64,000 nt of DNA from Pseudomonadota bacterium (GCA_040385995.1 JAZKGI010000067.1:1429-65428), one strand, 5' to 3'; counted from the stretch's first letter, positions 20,301-29,900 are shown. Translations and numbers: made by a program. Notes: a model not told the origin generated them from the sequence alone.

Positions 20301-23300
20301 CCCGCTGGCCGCCGCGCTGCTGCTGTTCTGGGTGGTGGCGCCTTGGGTGGCCTGGTGGATCAGCCGCCCGATCGAGCGCGACGTGGCCGAACTCACGTCC
20401 GAGCAAACCCATTTCCTGCACACGGTGGCGCGCAAAACCTGGGCCTTTTTCGACACCTTCGTCGGCCCGGAAGGCAACTGGCTGCCGCCCGATAACATGC
20501 AAGAGCATCCGGTCACCGTGGTTGCCTACCGCACCTCGCCCACCAACATGGGCCTGGCGCTGCTGGCCAACCTGACGGCGCACGATTTCGGTTATATCGG
20601 CGGCGGCGAATTGCTCAGCCGTACCGAACACACCTTGCACAGCATGAGCAAGCTGGAACGCCATCAGGGCCACTTTTACAACTGGTACGACATCCAGAGT
20701 TTGAAGCCGCTGCATCCGGTCTACATCTCCACCGTGGACAGCGGCAATCTGGCCGGCCATTTGCTCACCTTGCAACCCGGTCTGATGGCCTTGTTCGACC
20801 AGCCGATCCTGGGGCCGCAACTGGCCTCGGGCCTCGAGGCCACCTTGGACGTCCTCCATGAAGCGGCCGCCACCCTGGCGGCCGGCGCCCCGGCGGCCGG
20901 CGCCCCAACTGCCGCCGTGCCGGGCGCGGCCGCTTCCGTCGTGGGCGCCAACGGCGCCGGCGCCGAACTGCAAGCGGCGCTGGACAGCGTGCGCGCCGAC
21001 CTGGCGCCGCTGCGTCCCGACGCCGCCTCCAGCCTGACCGACTGGCACCGCTACCTGAGTCGGGCCGAAAGCGGCGCGGCCGGCCTGCTGCCGCTGGCGG
21101 CGCGCTGCGACGACGCCGCCGTGCTGATGTGGGCCGAGGCGCTGCGCCGCCAAGTCGGCGCCGCCCTGGCCGACTTGAGCGCGCTGGCGCCATGGGTGAC
21201 GACGGCGGCCGACGCCGTGTTCGACGCCCATTTGACGCGCATGCCGACCCTGCGCGAGCTGGCCAATTTCAACCCGGCCGCCAGCGCCCAATCCGATCTG
21301 GCGCCGGCCGAGCGCGAGCGCCAGCACACCCTGGGCCAGCTGGTGGCCCAGGGCAGCGCCGTGGCCGCGGCCCGCATGGCCAGCGTGGTACGCCTGGGCG
21401 ACCAGGCGCGCGAATTCGCCCAGATCGAATACGGCTTCCTGTACAACGCCGCCACCAAACTGCTGGCGATCGGCTACAACGTGAGCGAGCGCCGGCTCGA
21501 CGCCAGCTATTACGATCTGCTGGCCTCGGAAGTGCGGCTGGCCAGCTTCGTGGCCATCGCCCAGGGCCAGCTGCCGCAAGAGCACTGGTTCGCGCTGGGC
21601 CGCCAGCTGTGCATCGTGGCCGGCCAGCCGGTGCTGCTGTCCTGGAGCGGCTCCATGTTCGAGTACCTGATGCCGCTGCTGGTGATGCCGAACTACCCGA
21701 GCACTTTGCTCGACCAGACCTACCGCTCGGTGATCGAGGCGCAGATCGACTACGCCAAACAGCGCAACGTGCCGTGGGGGATCTCCGAATCGGGCTACAA
21801 CACGGTCGACGCCAGTCTCAATTACCAATACCGCGCCTTCGGGGTGCCGGGCCTGGGCTTGAAACGGGGCTTGGCCGACGATCTGGTGATCGCGCCCTAT
21901 GCCAGCATGATGGGGTTGATGGTCAACCCGGAAGCGTCCTGCCAAAACATGCAGCGCATGCAGGCGGCCGGCTTCATGGGCCGCTACGGCTTCTACGAAG
22001 CGGTCGACTACACCCCTTCGCGCCTGCCGCGCGGGCAGAACTGCGCCGTGATCCGCTCTTTCATGGTGCATCACCAGGGTATGGGTTTCCTGGCCCTGAG
22101 CTATCTGCTGCACGACCGCCCGATGCAGCGCCGTTTCGAATCCGATCCGCTGCTGCAATCGACCTTGCTGGTGCTGCAAGAACGCAGTCCGCAAGCGGGC
22201 GCCTTCTATTCCAACACCACCGAGTTGGCGGCGCTGCGCACCACCACGCCGGATCAGGCCATGCCGATGCGCATTCTGACCCAGACCAGCAGCGCCATGC
22301 CGGAAACCCAGCTGCTCTCGAACGGCCGTTACCACGTGATGGTGACCAGCGCCGGCGGCAGCTACAGCCGCTGGAAGGATTTGTCGGTGACCCGCTGGCG
22401 CGAAGACAGCACGCGCGACAACTGGGGCAATTTCTGCTACATCCGCGACCTGGAGGATGGCGATTTCTGGTCCACCACCTACCAGCCGACCCTGGTCGAG
22501 CCGCGCAAATACGAAGTCATCTTCTCCGAAGGGCGGGCCGAGTTCCGCCGCTCCGACCAGGGCATCGATCTGTACACCGAGATCGTGGTCTCGCCCGAGG
22601 ACGACATCGAAATGCGGCGCACCCGCATCACCAACAAGTCGGAACGCCGCCGCACCATCGAAATCACCAGCTTCGCAGAAGTGGTGATGGCGCCGGCGGC
22701 GGCCGACGCGGCCCACCCCGCGTTCAGCAAGCTGTTCGTGCAAACCGAGATCCTGCGTCACGAAAACGCGATCCTGTGCACCCGCCGGCCGCGCGCCAAG
22801 GATGAGCAGATGCCGTGGATGCTGCACCTGATGATGGTGCACGACGCGGTGGTCGGCGACGTCTCGTTCGAGACCGACCGCGCCCAATTCATCGGCCGCG
22901 GGCGCTCGGCGCTGGCGCCGCGCGCCCTGAGCGGCAACGCCCCGCTGTCGGGCGGCGAAGGCTCGGTGCTCGATCCGGTGGTGGCGATCCGCTACCAGAT
23001 CACGCTCGAACCCGACCAGGTCGTCATCGTCGACATCGCCACCGGCATGACCGACACGCGCGAGGCGGCGGTACACCTGATCGACAAATATCAGGACCGC
23101 CATCTGGCCGACCGCGTGTTCGAGCTGGCCTGGACCCATAGCCAGGTGGTGCTGCGCCAATTGAACGCCAGCGAAGCCGACGCCCAGCTCTACGCGCGCC
23201 TGGCCAACACCGTGATCTATCCCAACGCGGCCCTGCGCGCCGACGCCAGCATCCTGATCAAAAACCAGCGCGGCCAGTCCGGCTTGTGGGCTTACGCGAT

Positions 23301-26127
23301 TTCGGGCGACTTGCCGATCGTGCTGTTGCAGATCAAGGACCCGGCCAACATCGAGCTGGTGCGCCAGATGGTGCAAGCGCATGCCTACTGGCGCTTGAAA
23401 GGCCTGGTGGTCGATCTGGTGATCTGGTACGAGGACTTGTCCGGTTACCGCCAGCTGCTGCACGAACAAATCATGGGCTTGATCGCCTCGGGCATCGACG
23501 CCCAGTCGATCGACCGGCCGGGCGGCATCTTCGTGCGCATGGCCGACCAGATCGCCAACGAAGACCGCATCTTGCTGCAATCGGTGGCGCGCGCCATCCT
23601 CAGCGACAGCCGTGGCACCCTGGCCGAGCAGATCAAGCGGCCCGGTTCGGCCGTGCTGCGCATGCCGGCCCTGGTGCCGGACGCGCGCAGCGAATATCTG
23701 GGCGGCGCGGTGGCCGTGAGCCGCGCCCCGCGGCGCGAGCTGATACTGGAAAACGGCCTGGGTGGCTTCACCCCGGACGGGCGCGAATACGTGATCACCC
23801 TGGGCGAGGGCGTGAGCACGCCGGCGCCATGGTCGAACGTGCTGGCCAACGCCCAATTCGGCACCGTGGTGTCGGAAAGCGGCCAGGCCTACACCTGGAA
23901 CGAGAACGCGCATGAATTCCGCCTCACGCCGTGGCATAACGACCCGGTCTCCGACGCCAGCGGCGAAGCGTTTTATCTGCGCGACGAGCAAAGCGGCCAG
24001 TTCTGGTCGCCCAGCGCCTTGCCGGCGCGCGGCACCGGCGACTATGTGACGCGGCACGGCTTCGGCTACAGCGTGTTCGAGCACAAGGAAGCGGGCATCC
24101 ATTCCGAGCTGTGCACTTACGTGACGCTGGACGCGGCCATCAAGTACAGCGTGATCAAGGTGCGCAACGATTCGGCCGTCACGCGCCGCCTGTCGGCCAC
24201 CGGTTATGTGGAATGGGTGATGGGCGACATGCGCACCAAGTCCACCATGCACATCGCCACCGAAGTGGACGCGATCAGCGGCGCGCTGTTCGCCAAGAAC
24301 GCCTATAACACCGAGTTTTCGGGCCGGGTCGGCTTCTTCACGGCCGACGCCAGCAGCCGCTCGGTGACCTGCGACCGCAATGAATTCATCGGCCGCAATG
24401 GCAGTCTGGCCAACCCGGCGGCGATGCGCCGCGCGCGCCTGTCCGGCAAATCGGGCACCGGACTCGATCCGTGCGCCGCGATTCAGGTGCCGTTCGACCT
24501 GCTGCCCGGGCAAGAGCGCGAGATCGTGTTCATGCTGGGTGTGGGCGGCCGGCGTAACGCCGACGCCAGCAGCCTGGTGCAGCGTTACCAGGGCGCGGCC
24601 AGCGCGCAGGAAGAGCTGCGCAAGGTGTTCGACCATTGGGATAAAACGCTGGGCGCGGTGCAAATCGAAACCCCCGATCCGGCGCTCGACGTGATCGCCA
24701 ACGGCTGGCTGATGTACCAGACCATCGCCTGCCGCCTGTGGGCGCGCAGCGGCTATTACCAGTCCGGCGGCGCGTTCGGCTTCCGCGATCAGCTGCAAGA
24801 CGTGATGGCCATGATCCACACCGAGCCGCGTTTGCTGCGCGAGCATCTGATTCTGTGCGCCGGCCATCAATTCATCGAGGGCGACGTTCAGCACTGGTGG
24901 CATCCGCCGTCGGACCGGGGCGTGCGCACCCACTGCTCGGACGATTATCTGTGGCTGCCGCTGGCCACTTACCGCTACGTGGCCGGCACCGGCGACTTGA
25001 GCGTGCTGACCGAGCCGGCGCCGTTTTTGGAAGGACGCCTGGTCAAGCCGGAAGAGGATTCGTATTACGACATGCCGGCCAAGTCCAGCCAGAGCGGCGA
25101 CCTGTACGAGCATTGCGTGCGCGCCATCCGGCACGGCTTGCGCTTCGGCGAACACGGCTTGCCGCTGATCGGCTCGTGCGACTGGAACGACGGCATGGAC
25201 AAGGTCGGCGAGCATGGCAAGGGCGAGAGCGTGTGGCTGGCCTTCTTCCTGTACGAGGTGCTGCAACGCTTCGCGGAAGTGGCCGAACTGCGCCACGACG
25301 CGGAGTTCGCCCAGTTATGCCGCGACGAGGCGGTCAAGCTGGCCGCCAACGTCGAAGCGCACGCCTGGGACGGCCAGTGGTACCGGCGCGCCTATTTCGA
25401 CGATGGCACGCCGCTCGGCTCGCACGAGAACGACGAATGCCAGATCGATTCGATCTCGCAGAGCTGGGGCATCCTGTCCGGCGCGGCCGATCCGCAGCGG
25501 GTGCATGGCGCCATGCAGCAGGTCGACGCGCGCCTGGTGCGGCGCGAATTCGGGCTGATCCAGCTGCTCGATCCGCCGTTCGACAAAGGCACCCTCAATC
25601 CCGGTTATATCCGGGGCTACGTGCCGGGGGTGCGCGAGAACGGCGGTCAATATACCCACGCCGCGATCTGGACCGCGATGGCGTTCGCCAAGATGGGCGA
25701 CACCGAGCGGGCCTGGGAACTGCTGCGCATGATCAATCCGGTGCAGCACGGCAGCACGGCGGCCGGGGTGGCGGTGTACAAGGTCGAGCCGTATGTGGTC
25801 ACGGCCGACGTGTACGCGGTCTCGCCGCATGTGGGGCGCGGCGGCTGGAGCTGGTACACCGGCTCGTCCGGCTGGATGTACCGCCTGATCGTCGAATCGC
25901 TGCTGGGCGTGACGCTGGCCGACGGCAAGCTGATACTGACACCGCGCATGCCGGCCGAGTGGCAGGGCTTCACTTTGCGCTACCGTTACGGCGGCAGCAC
26001 TTACGTGATCCGGGTCGAGCACGGCGCCGCCGGCTTGACGGTGGACGGGGTGGCGCAGGAAGGCCACACCATCAACCTGAGCGACGACGGGCGGGAGCAC
26101 GCGGTGCTGCTGCAATTGCCGGGCTAA
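17359..26127 (+). CDS. ndvB: Cyclic beta-1,2-glucan synthase (NdvB/ChvB/Cgs type)
   Basis: 2922-aa ORF. The central GT domain (ITLDTDTQLPRD, RRQRWIRGDWQ) is flanked by TM segments. The C-terminal ~1000 aa resembles a GH94 glycan-phosphorylase domain (FRDQLQDVMA, WYTGSSGWMYR). Size and architecture match known cyclic glucan synthases. Confidence 0.9.
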   Translation: MLKEYSKFVAHRFIDWKDALSGGLAVDQEMADDLPLRAELFSAMQMAAHGKTLAASHQLGTRGGADRLLARLADNGSVITTTVNDLTTAVKNGRQITPASEWLLDNFYLIEEQIRTAKRHLPKNYSKQLPRLGKGPAEGCPRVYKIALEIISHGDGRVDPESLCRFVEAYQEVATLQLGELWAIPIMLRLALIENLRRVAARVAENRMQRDLANTWADQMTEIADSNPSGLILLVADMARSNPPVTSAFVAELARRLQGQSPALTLALSWVTHRLAESGLTIEQQIQAEIQQQATEQVSIANSIGSLRFLGTMDWQEFVETMSVVEHTLRLDPAGVYARMEFSTRDQYRHVIERVAKHSARSELEVAELVLQLARAHAPDTRNGHVGFYLIGRGVRLLEKQAGVRLPPVQALEQTARAAPLAVYLGAIALLTLVVSALLLERAMREGVHGWQLGALALLAVIGTSQLAVSLVNWVATLITTPHPLPRMDFKSGIPADGRAMVVVPTLIYSRDNVADLCEAIEVRYLANRDDNLRFCLLTDFADAGAEVMPDDAALLEQVGQEIGRLNEKYRGESSADGSGGPFLLLHRPRTWNPHEKAWMGEERKRGKLSDLNHFLRGGAREKFSLVVGSTDGLASIKYVITLDTDTQLPRDSARQFIATMLHPLNRPQFDPAGRRVVAGYGILQPRVAVSLPSENASRYEQLCGGEPGIDPYTRTVSDLYQDVFYEGSFIGKGIYDVDAFEQVLGGRLPDNQILSHDLLEGCYLRAGLLSDSQLYEEYPAKYSDDVNRRQRWIRGDWQLIGWLFGRVPGHGGKREPNPLTALSRWKLFDNLRRSLVSPVLTLSLLLVWAALPEGVFWTCVVFGVIFLPPLVVALYDLVKKPRDTLWAQHMAAWQRRSGLHFSHAILTLVFLPYEAYFSADAIVRTLWRVLVSRKHLLEWRASGLARSGAGLAGSWRTMWFSVALAVSTGAALFVWRREVFPLAAALLLFWVVAPWVAWWISRPIERDVAELTSEQTHFLHTVARKTWAFFDTFVGPEGNWLPPDNMQEHPVTVVAYRTSPTNMGLALLANLTAHDFGYIGGGELLSRTEHTLHSMSKLERHQGHFYNWYDIQSLKPLHPVYISTVDSGNLAGHLLTLQPGLMALFDQPILGPQLASGLEATLDVLHEAAATLAAGAPAAGAPTAAVPGAAASVVGANGAGAELQAALDSVRADLAPLRPDAASSLTDWHRYLSRAESGAAGLLPLAARCDDAAVLMWAEALRRQVGAALADLSALAPWVTTAADAVFDAHLTRMPTLRELANFNPAASAQSDLAPAERERQHTLGQLVAQGSAVAAARMASVVRLGDQAREFAQIEYGFLYNAATKLLAIGYNVSERRLDASYYDLLASEVRLASFVAIAQGQLPQEHWFALGRQLCIVAGQPVLLSWSGSMFEYLMPLLVMPNYPSTLLDQTYRSVIEAQIDYAKQRNVPWGISESGYNTVDASLNYQYRAFGVPGLGLKRGLADDLVIAPYASMMGLMVNPEASCQNMQRMQAAGFMGRYGFYEAVDYTPSRLPRGQNCAVIRSFMVHHQGMGFLALSYLLHDRPMQRRFESDPLLQSTLLVLQERSPQAGAFYSNTTELAALRTTTPDQAMPMRILTQTSSAMPETQLLSNGRYHVMVTSAGGSYSRWKDLSVTRWREDSTRDNWGNFCYIRDLEDGDFWSTTYQPTLVEPRKYEVIFSEGRAEFRRSDQGIDLYTEIVVSPEDDIEMRRTRITNKSERRRTIEITSFAEVVMAPAAADAAHPAFSKLFVQTEILRHENAILCTRRPRAKDEQMPWMLHLMMVHDAVVGDVSFETDRAQFIGRGRSALAPRALSGNAPLSGGEGSVLDPVVAIRYQITLEPDQVVIVDIATGMTDTREAAVHLIDKYQDRHLADRVFELAWTHSQVVLRQLNASEADAQLYARLANTVIYPNAALRADASILIKNQRGQSGLWAYAISGDLPIVLLQIKDPANIELVRQMVQAHAYWRLKGLVVDLVIWYEDLSGYRQLLHEQIMGLIASGIDAQSIDRPGGIFVRMADQIANEDRILLQSVARAILSDSRGTLAEQIKRPGSAVLRMPALVPDARSEYLGGAVAVSRAPRRELILENGLGGFTPDGREYVITLGEGVSTPAPWSNVLANAQFGTVVSESGQAYTWNENAHEFRLTPWHNDPVSDASGEAFYLRDEQSGQFWSPSALPARGTGDYVTRHGFGYSVFEHKEAGIHSELCTYVTLDAAIKYSVIKVRNDSAVTRRLSATGYVEWVMGDMRTKSTMHIATEVDAISGALFAKNAYNTEFSGRVGFFTADASSRSVTCDRNEFIGRNGSLANPAAMRRARLSGKSGTGLDPCAAIQVPFDLLPGQEREIVFMLGVGGRRNADASSLVQRYQGAASAQEELRKVFDHWDKTLGAVQIETPDPALDVIANGWLMYQTIACRLWARSGYYQSGGAFGFRDQLQDVMAMIHTEPRLLREHLILCAGHQFIEGDVQHWWHPPSDRGVRTHCSDDYLWLPLATYRYVAGTGDLSVLTEPAPFLEGRLVKPEEDSYYDMPAKSSQSGDLYEHCVRAIRHGLRFGEHGLPLIGSCDWNDGMDKVGEHGKGESVWLAFFLYEVLQRFAEVAELRHDAEFAQLCRDEAVKLAANVEAHAWDGQWYRRAYFDDGTPLGSHENDECQIDSISQSWGILSGAADPQRVHGAMQQVDARLVRREFGLIQLLDPPFDKGTLNPGYIRGYVPGVRENGGQYTHAAIWTAMAFAKMGDTERAWELLRMINPVQHGSTAAGVAVYKVEPYVVTADVYAVSPHVGRGGWSWYTGSSGWMYRLIVESLLGVTLADGKLILTPRMPAEWQGFTLRYRYGGSTYVIRVEHGAAGLTVDGVAQEGHTINLSDDGREHAVLLQLPG
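20878..20907. repeat. 15-bp tandem duplication inside ndvB (GCGGCCGGCGCCCCG x2)
   Basis: Two adjacent near-identical 15-mers encode AAGAP-AAGAP in a low-complexity Ala/Gly/Pro linker. Confidence 0.85.
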
Positions 26128-26157
26128 GCCAAGCCGGGTAAACAAAAGAAGCAAACG

Positions 26158-26185
26158 AAGGCGGCCGATTGGCCGCCTTTTTCTT
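26158..26185. terminator. Hairpin terminator between convergent ndvB and the DsbA-like gene
   Basis: AAGGCGGCC-GATT-GGCCGCCTT followed by TTTTCTT. Confidence 0.55.
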
Positions 26186-26205
26186 ATGCGTGGCCGATGC
26201 GGCGT

Positions 26206-26874
26206 TCAGGCGCCGCCGATGGCGTCAATCCGATCGCTGCGGCCCAGTATGGCCTGCCAGCGCGCGGTCGGCAGCGCGCCCGGGTAGTGCACGCCGTCCA
26301 CCACCACATGCGGCACGCCCCGGATCGCGTGTGTGCTTGCGCGCAGCGCGGCCGCCCACATGGCCAGCGCCGCCGCGTCGGCCCGCCAGTGGGCCTCGAC
26401 CTCTTCCTTGCCGATGCCATGGCGGCCGGCCAGCTCGATCAGGTCGGCGCGCTCGCCGATGCGCCGGGCGCCGGAAAAATGCGCCGCCATCAGTTCGATG
26501 GCCAGGCGCAGCGCGCTGCCACGGCCGTTCGCCAGTTGTACCAACTGGTGCGCCAGATAGGTGTTGGGCAGGGTGGCGACGCGCGCATAGTCGATCTCGA
26601 TGCCTTCTTCGCGCCCTTTCTCTTCCATTAGCTGAAACATCGCTGCGGCGCGTTCCTTGCCGACCCGGCGTTCGAAGAAATCCCGGTTGTCGACGCCGCC
26701 CGCCGGCAAATCGGGAGTGAGCTGAAAAGGGAAGAGGGTGGCCGGCATTCCGGTGGCCGGCATGCCGGTGGCCGGCACACCGGCCGGCGCCGACCGGGTG
26801 ATCGCGCGCTCCAATTGGACCAAGCCGAGGTAACACCAAGGACAGACCAGATCATAAGTGATGTCAATCTTCAT
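26206..26874 (-). CDS. DsbA-family (FrnE/HCCA-isomerase-like) thiol oxidoreductase
   Basis: N-terminal ITYDLVCPWCYLG (CPWC) thioredoxin-fold motif. Contains a G(V/M)PAT x3 insertion. Confidence 0.8.
   Translation of the reverse strand: MKIDITYDLVCPWCYLGLVQLERAITRSAPAGVPATGMPATGMPATLFPFQLTPDLPAGGVDNRDFFERRVGKERAAAMFQLMEEKGREEGIEIDYARVATLPNTYLAHQLVQLANGRGSALRLAIELMAAHFSGARRIGERADLIELAGRHGIGKEEVEAHWRADAAALAMWAAALRASTHAIRGVPHVVVDGVHYPGALPTARWQAILGRSDRIDAIGGA
26737..26781. repeat. 15-bp tandem repeat x3 inside the DsbA-like CDS
   Basis: GGTGGCCGGCATTCC / GGTGGCCGGCATGCC / GGTGGCCGGCACACC, read on the minus strand as GVPAT-GMPAT-GMPAT. Confidence 0.9.
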
Positions 26875-26913
26875 ACTACAAACTCCTGTGGCAGGTGGAT
26901 AAGCGTTTCGATA

Positions 26914-27714
26914 TTAAGGAAACAGGAAAGCGGCCAGCGAAATGGTTCCCATCGCAAAGCCATGGTGAAGCCGCTCGCCGCGGGCCGGCGCACCGGCGCC
27001 CAGCGCCACAAAGAATGGCAACAGATGGTCTTCTTGCGGATGGCTGTGGCGGGCGAACGGCGCCAGCTGGCGGTAGTTCAAGAGCGCGGCGGTATCGGCC
27101 GCGTTCACCCGCTCGGTGATCCAGTCGACGAAGCTGGCCGCCCACGGCAACGCCTGTCCCGCTGGCATTTGCGGCCGCACGTCTTGGTGATTGTGGGTCA
27201 GGGATCCCGATCCGATGAGCAGCACGCCTTGCTGCCTGAGCGCGCGCAAGGCCCGCCCCACGGCGTAGTGGTGTGCCGGTGTGAGGCCGGGCTGGATCGA
27301 GAGCGTGGCCACGGCCGGCGGACCGTGCGGAAACAGCAGTGAGAGAGGGGTCCAGAGCGCGTGGTCATGGTAGAAAACGTGGCCGCCGAGTGCTTGTATG
27401 GGGGCGCCTGAGCCGGGGGCACCAGAGTCGGGGACGTCGAAGCCGACCGCGCCTATGCCGGCCGCGCCGAGTTGGCGTGCCACGCGCAGCGCCAGCATGG
27501 CCGAGGCGTCGGCCATGCCGACGCCCAACAACCTCCCCACGGTAGGCGCCTCGGTCTCCCAGTGGGCATTGACGACCAGTACCGCTTTCGGGGCCAATCG
27601 TGTGCCCAGGTCGCCAAGGGTACGCTTGAGCTGTTCGTCCCGGGCCAAAAGAAAGGGCACGGCGTGCGACAGGAACAGGGACGGCAGGGAGGGAAGGGTA
27701 AGTATGCTAGACAT
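26914..27714 (-). CDS. Class III (LigB/YgiD-type) extradiol ring-cleavage dioxygenase
   Basis: Start at MSSILTLPSLPSLFLSH (cat 27712-27714). Motifs include LVVNAHWE, LLIGSGSLTHN and HLLPFFVALGA. Confidence 0.75.
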   Translation of the reverse strand: MSSILTLPSLPSLFLSHAVPFLLARDEQLKRTLGDLGTRLAPKAVLVVNAHWETEAPTVGRLLGVGMADASAMLALRVARQLGAAGIGAVGFDVPDSGAPGSGAPIQALGGHVFYHDHALWTPLSLLFPHGPPAVATLSIQPGLTPAHHYAVGRALRALRQQGVLLIGSGSLTHNHQDVRPQMPAGQALPWAASFVDWITERVNAADTAALLNYRQLAPFARHSHPQEDHLLPFFVALGAGAPARGERLHHGFAMGTISLAAFLFP

Positions 27715-27815
27715 GGCGTGGGCGTGGTGGCAAAGAACGGACTCATGGTAGGTGCGCTGGTCCATCTAAACAAGTGATGTAATATTGGTGATCTCCATCT
27801 ATAAAATGCATAACC

Positions 27816-28745
27816 ATGCTCGACAATGTTAGCCTGAACCAATTGCGCGCCTTTGTGGCCGTCCATCAAGCAGGCAGCTTTACCCAGGCCGCCCGCCATC
27901 TGGGGCGCGCGCAATCGGCTGTGAGCCACGCGATCGCGGCGCTGGAGGACGCGCTCGGCGTGGCCCTGTTCGAGCGCGACATGCATAAGCCGCGTTTGAC
28001 CGACGCGGGGCGATCCTTGCTGGCCGACGCTCACGCCATCATCGGCCGCACCGAGGAAATGAAGACGCGCGCCAAGTCGATCCAGCAACTGGACGCGACG
28101 GTGTTGTCACTGGCGGTGGATGCGTTTTTCCCTACCTCCTGGCTGCTACCGGCGCTGCAAGCGCTGCAAGCGAGCAAACCGCAGTTGCTGATCAAACTGT
28201 TCGCCGCCACCCTCACCAGCGGCGAATCCTTGCTGCTGGACGGCACCTGCGGGGTGGCCCTGGTAACGGCCGCGTCGCCGGCCGCCGACCGTGACCGGAT
28301 AGAACGTCGCTATCTGTGCGAAGGTAAACTGGTCACCGTATGCGCGCCGTCGCACCCGCTCGCCCTTCTGGAAGGGGAATTGGGGGACACCGAATTCGAG
28401 CGCCACACCCAGCTGGTGGTGAGCGATTTTTCCGAGAAGATGGGCGGGTTCAGCCAGGGTGTGCGGGGTGAGCGCAACTGGTATGTGGGCGACTTGGCCA
28501 CCAAGCATGATTTTCTGGTGGCGGGACTAGGCTGGGGCAGCATGCCGGCCGACCGGGTGGCTGTCGATTTAGCGCAGGGCAGGTTGGTGACGCTCAGCTC
28601 GCTCAGTTCGGGTGGCCGCTTAGCGCCGCTTGTGTTTGCGACTTCGATGTTACGCGGTCGCGCGCTGACGGGCCCGGAACGCGATTTGCTCGACCACATA
28701 CGCCGGATGGCGACGGCCAGCGGCCGGCGCAAGCTTACAAGGTGA
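27816..28745 (+). CDS. LysR family transcriptional regulator
   Basis: N-terminal LNQLRAFVAVHQAGSFTQAARHLGRAQSAVSHAIAALE HTH. Divergent from the dioxygenase/DsbA pair. Confidence 0.9.
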   Translation: MLDNVSLNQLRAFVAVHQAGSFTQAARHLGRAQSAVSHAIAALEDALGVALFERDMHKPRLTDAGRSLLADAHAIIGRTEEMKTRAKSIQQLDATVLSLAVDAFFPTSWLLPALQALQASKPQLLIKLFAATLTSGESLLLDGTCGVALVTAASPAADRDRIERRYLCEGKLVTVCAPSHPLALLEGELGDTEFERHTQLVVSDFSEKMGGFSQGVRGERNWYVGDLATKHDFLVAGLGWGSMPADRVAVDLAQGRLVTLSSLSSGGRLAPLVFATSMLRGRALTGPERDLLDHIRRMATASGRRKLTR

Positions 28746-29367
28746 AGGGCGCGTCCACTTCGCCGTCCGGCAAGGCTTCCTCGATCATCACCACGCGGTC
28801 GCGCCCGCCGTCCTTGGCTTGTTGCAGCGCTTTTTCGGCGCGCTTGATGATCGATTCGGCCGTGTCGTTGGGCGCGTTGGTGGTCAAGCCGCCGGAAAAG
28901 GTGACGGTGCGGCCAGGAATGATGCTTTCCCAATCGCAGGCCGCCCACGCTTTTCGCAACCGCTGCATGGCGACCTGGCCTTGCTCGAGCCAGGTGGCCG
29001 GCAAGATGATGCCGAATTCCTCGCCGCCCAGCCGGCCGTAGCGGTCCAGCACCCGCAACAGGGTGACCGAGGCGTCCGAGGCGATGCGCAGCACCCGGTC
29101 GCCGATCTCCGGGCCGTATTGCTGGTTGACTTGATTAAAATGGTCCAGGTCGATGATGGCGAAGCAAAACGGATGGCCGGTGCGGTAGGCACGTTGCAAT
29201 TCGAATGAAAGCAGCTCGCTCAAGCCACGCTGGTTCAGTACGCCGGTCAAGGCGTCGTGGCGCAACAGTTCGGCATTTTCCGCCGTCAAGGCGGCGATGC
29301 GCGCGTCCTTTTCAGCCAATTGCGCGCGCAGCGTGGCGCAGTGGGAACAGGCAGGGTCTGTGGTCAT
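28735..29367 (-). CDS. GGDEF diguanylate cyclase with N-terminal coiled coil
   Basis: RYGGEEF-type motif (GRLGGEEFGIILP), DALTGVLNQRG and an I-site-like RxxD context. 210 aa. Confidence 0.85.
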   Translation of the reverse strand: MTTDPACSHCATLRAQLAEKDARIAALTAENAELLRHDALTGVLNQRGLSELLSFELQRAYRTGHPFCFAIIDLDHFNQVNQQYGPEIGDRVLRIASDASVTLLRVLDRYGRLGGEEFGIILPATWLEQGQVAMQRLRKAWAACDWESIIPGRTVTFSGGLTTNAPNDTAESIIKRAEKALQQAKDGGRDRVVMIEEALPDGEVDAPFTL

Positions 29368-29552
29368 GGTGGCTCAGGTCGGACGTGGCGCGCGTTGGGA
29401 AAGCTGGCAGAAAAATGATGCGCTGTCTAAATAATAGACGATATATCCCCGCCGCAACGCATTGCGCACGCGCGGCCTTGGCGCGCATCCGCGCCAAGCC
29501 GAAATAGTCGGTAATCAGTGGTGAATGAACAACGGCCGGGCCTGACGCCGGA

Positions 29553-29900
29553 TTAGCGCACCCGGCCGTGTGTCCACGGCCCGCCCCGGCGGCGTCCGCT
29601 CAGCAACAGCAAGCCGGCGCCCAGCAACAGAAGCGAGTAGGCGCTTGGCCGCACCGGCGGCATGGCGTCGACCGCCATGCCGGGGCGCGCCGTGCCCGCC
29701 GCTTGCGCGGCGCGGGCCGCCAGGGCGGTGTCGGCAAAATCGTCCACCGGCGCGCTCGCGGCCTGGGAGGGGGCGCTCAAGCTGGCGCTGCCTTGCAGAG
29801 CAATGACGGATGCGTGCGAGGAAAGGATGGGGACGGCCTGGACTTGTTGGGTCGCCACGGCCAATAACAGGGCCGTTGCCAGTTTACCGAGAGTGAGCAT
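29553..29900 (-). CDS. Small secreted protein with a PEP-CTERM-like C-terminal anchor
   Basis: Signal peptide MLTLGKLATALLLAVATQQVQA. The C-terminus is VRPSAYSLLLLGAGLLLLSGRRR (hydrophobic helix + Arg cluster), but the PEP tripeptide is replaced by RPS. Confidence 0.4.
   Translation of the reverse strand: MLTLGKLATALLLAVATQQVQAVPILSSHASVIALQGSASLSAPSQAASAPVDDFADTALAARAAQAAGTARPGMAVDAMPPVRPSAYSLLLLGAGLLLLSGRRRGGPWTHGRVR

Noticed and set aside
17416-25296. 2626-aa ORF antisense to ndvB
   Set aside because: It is codon-aligned with the sense gene (17416-17418 is the sense Leu codon CTA). It exists only because ndvB avoids TTA/CTA/TCA. The translation is a low-complexity Arg/Ala/Gly-rich shadow, and the sense strand has clear GT and GH94 motifs.
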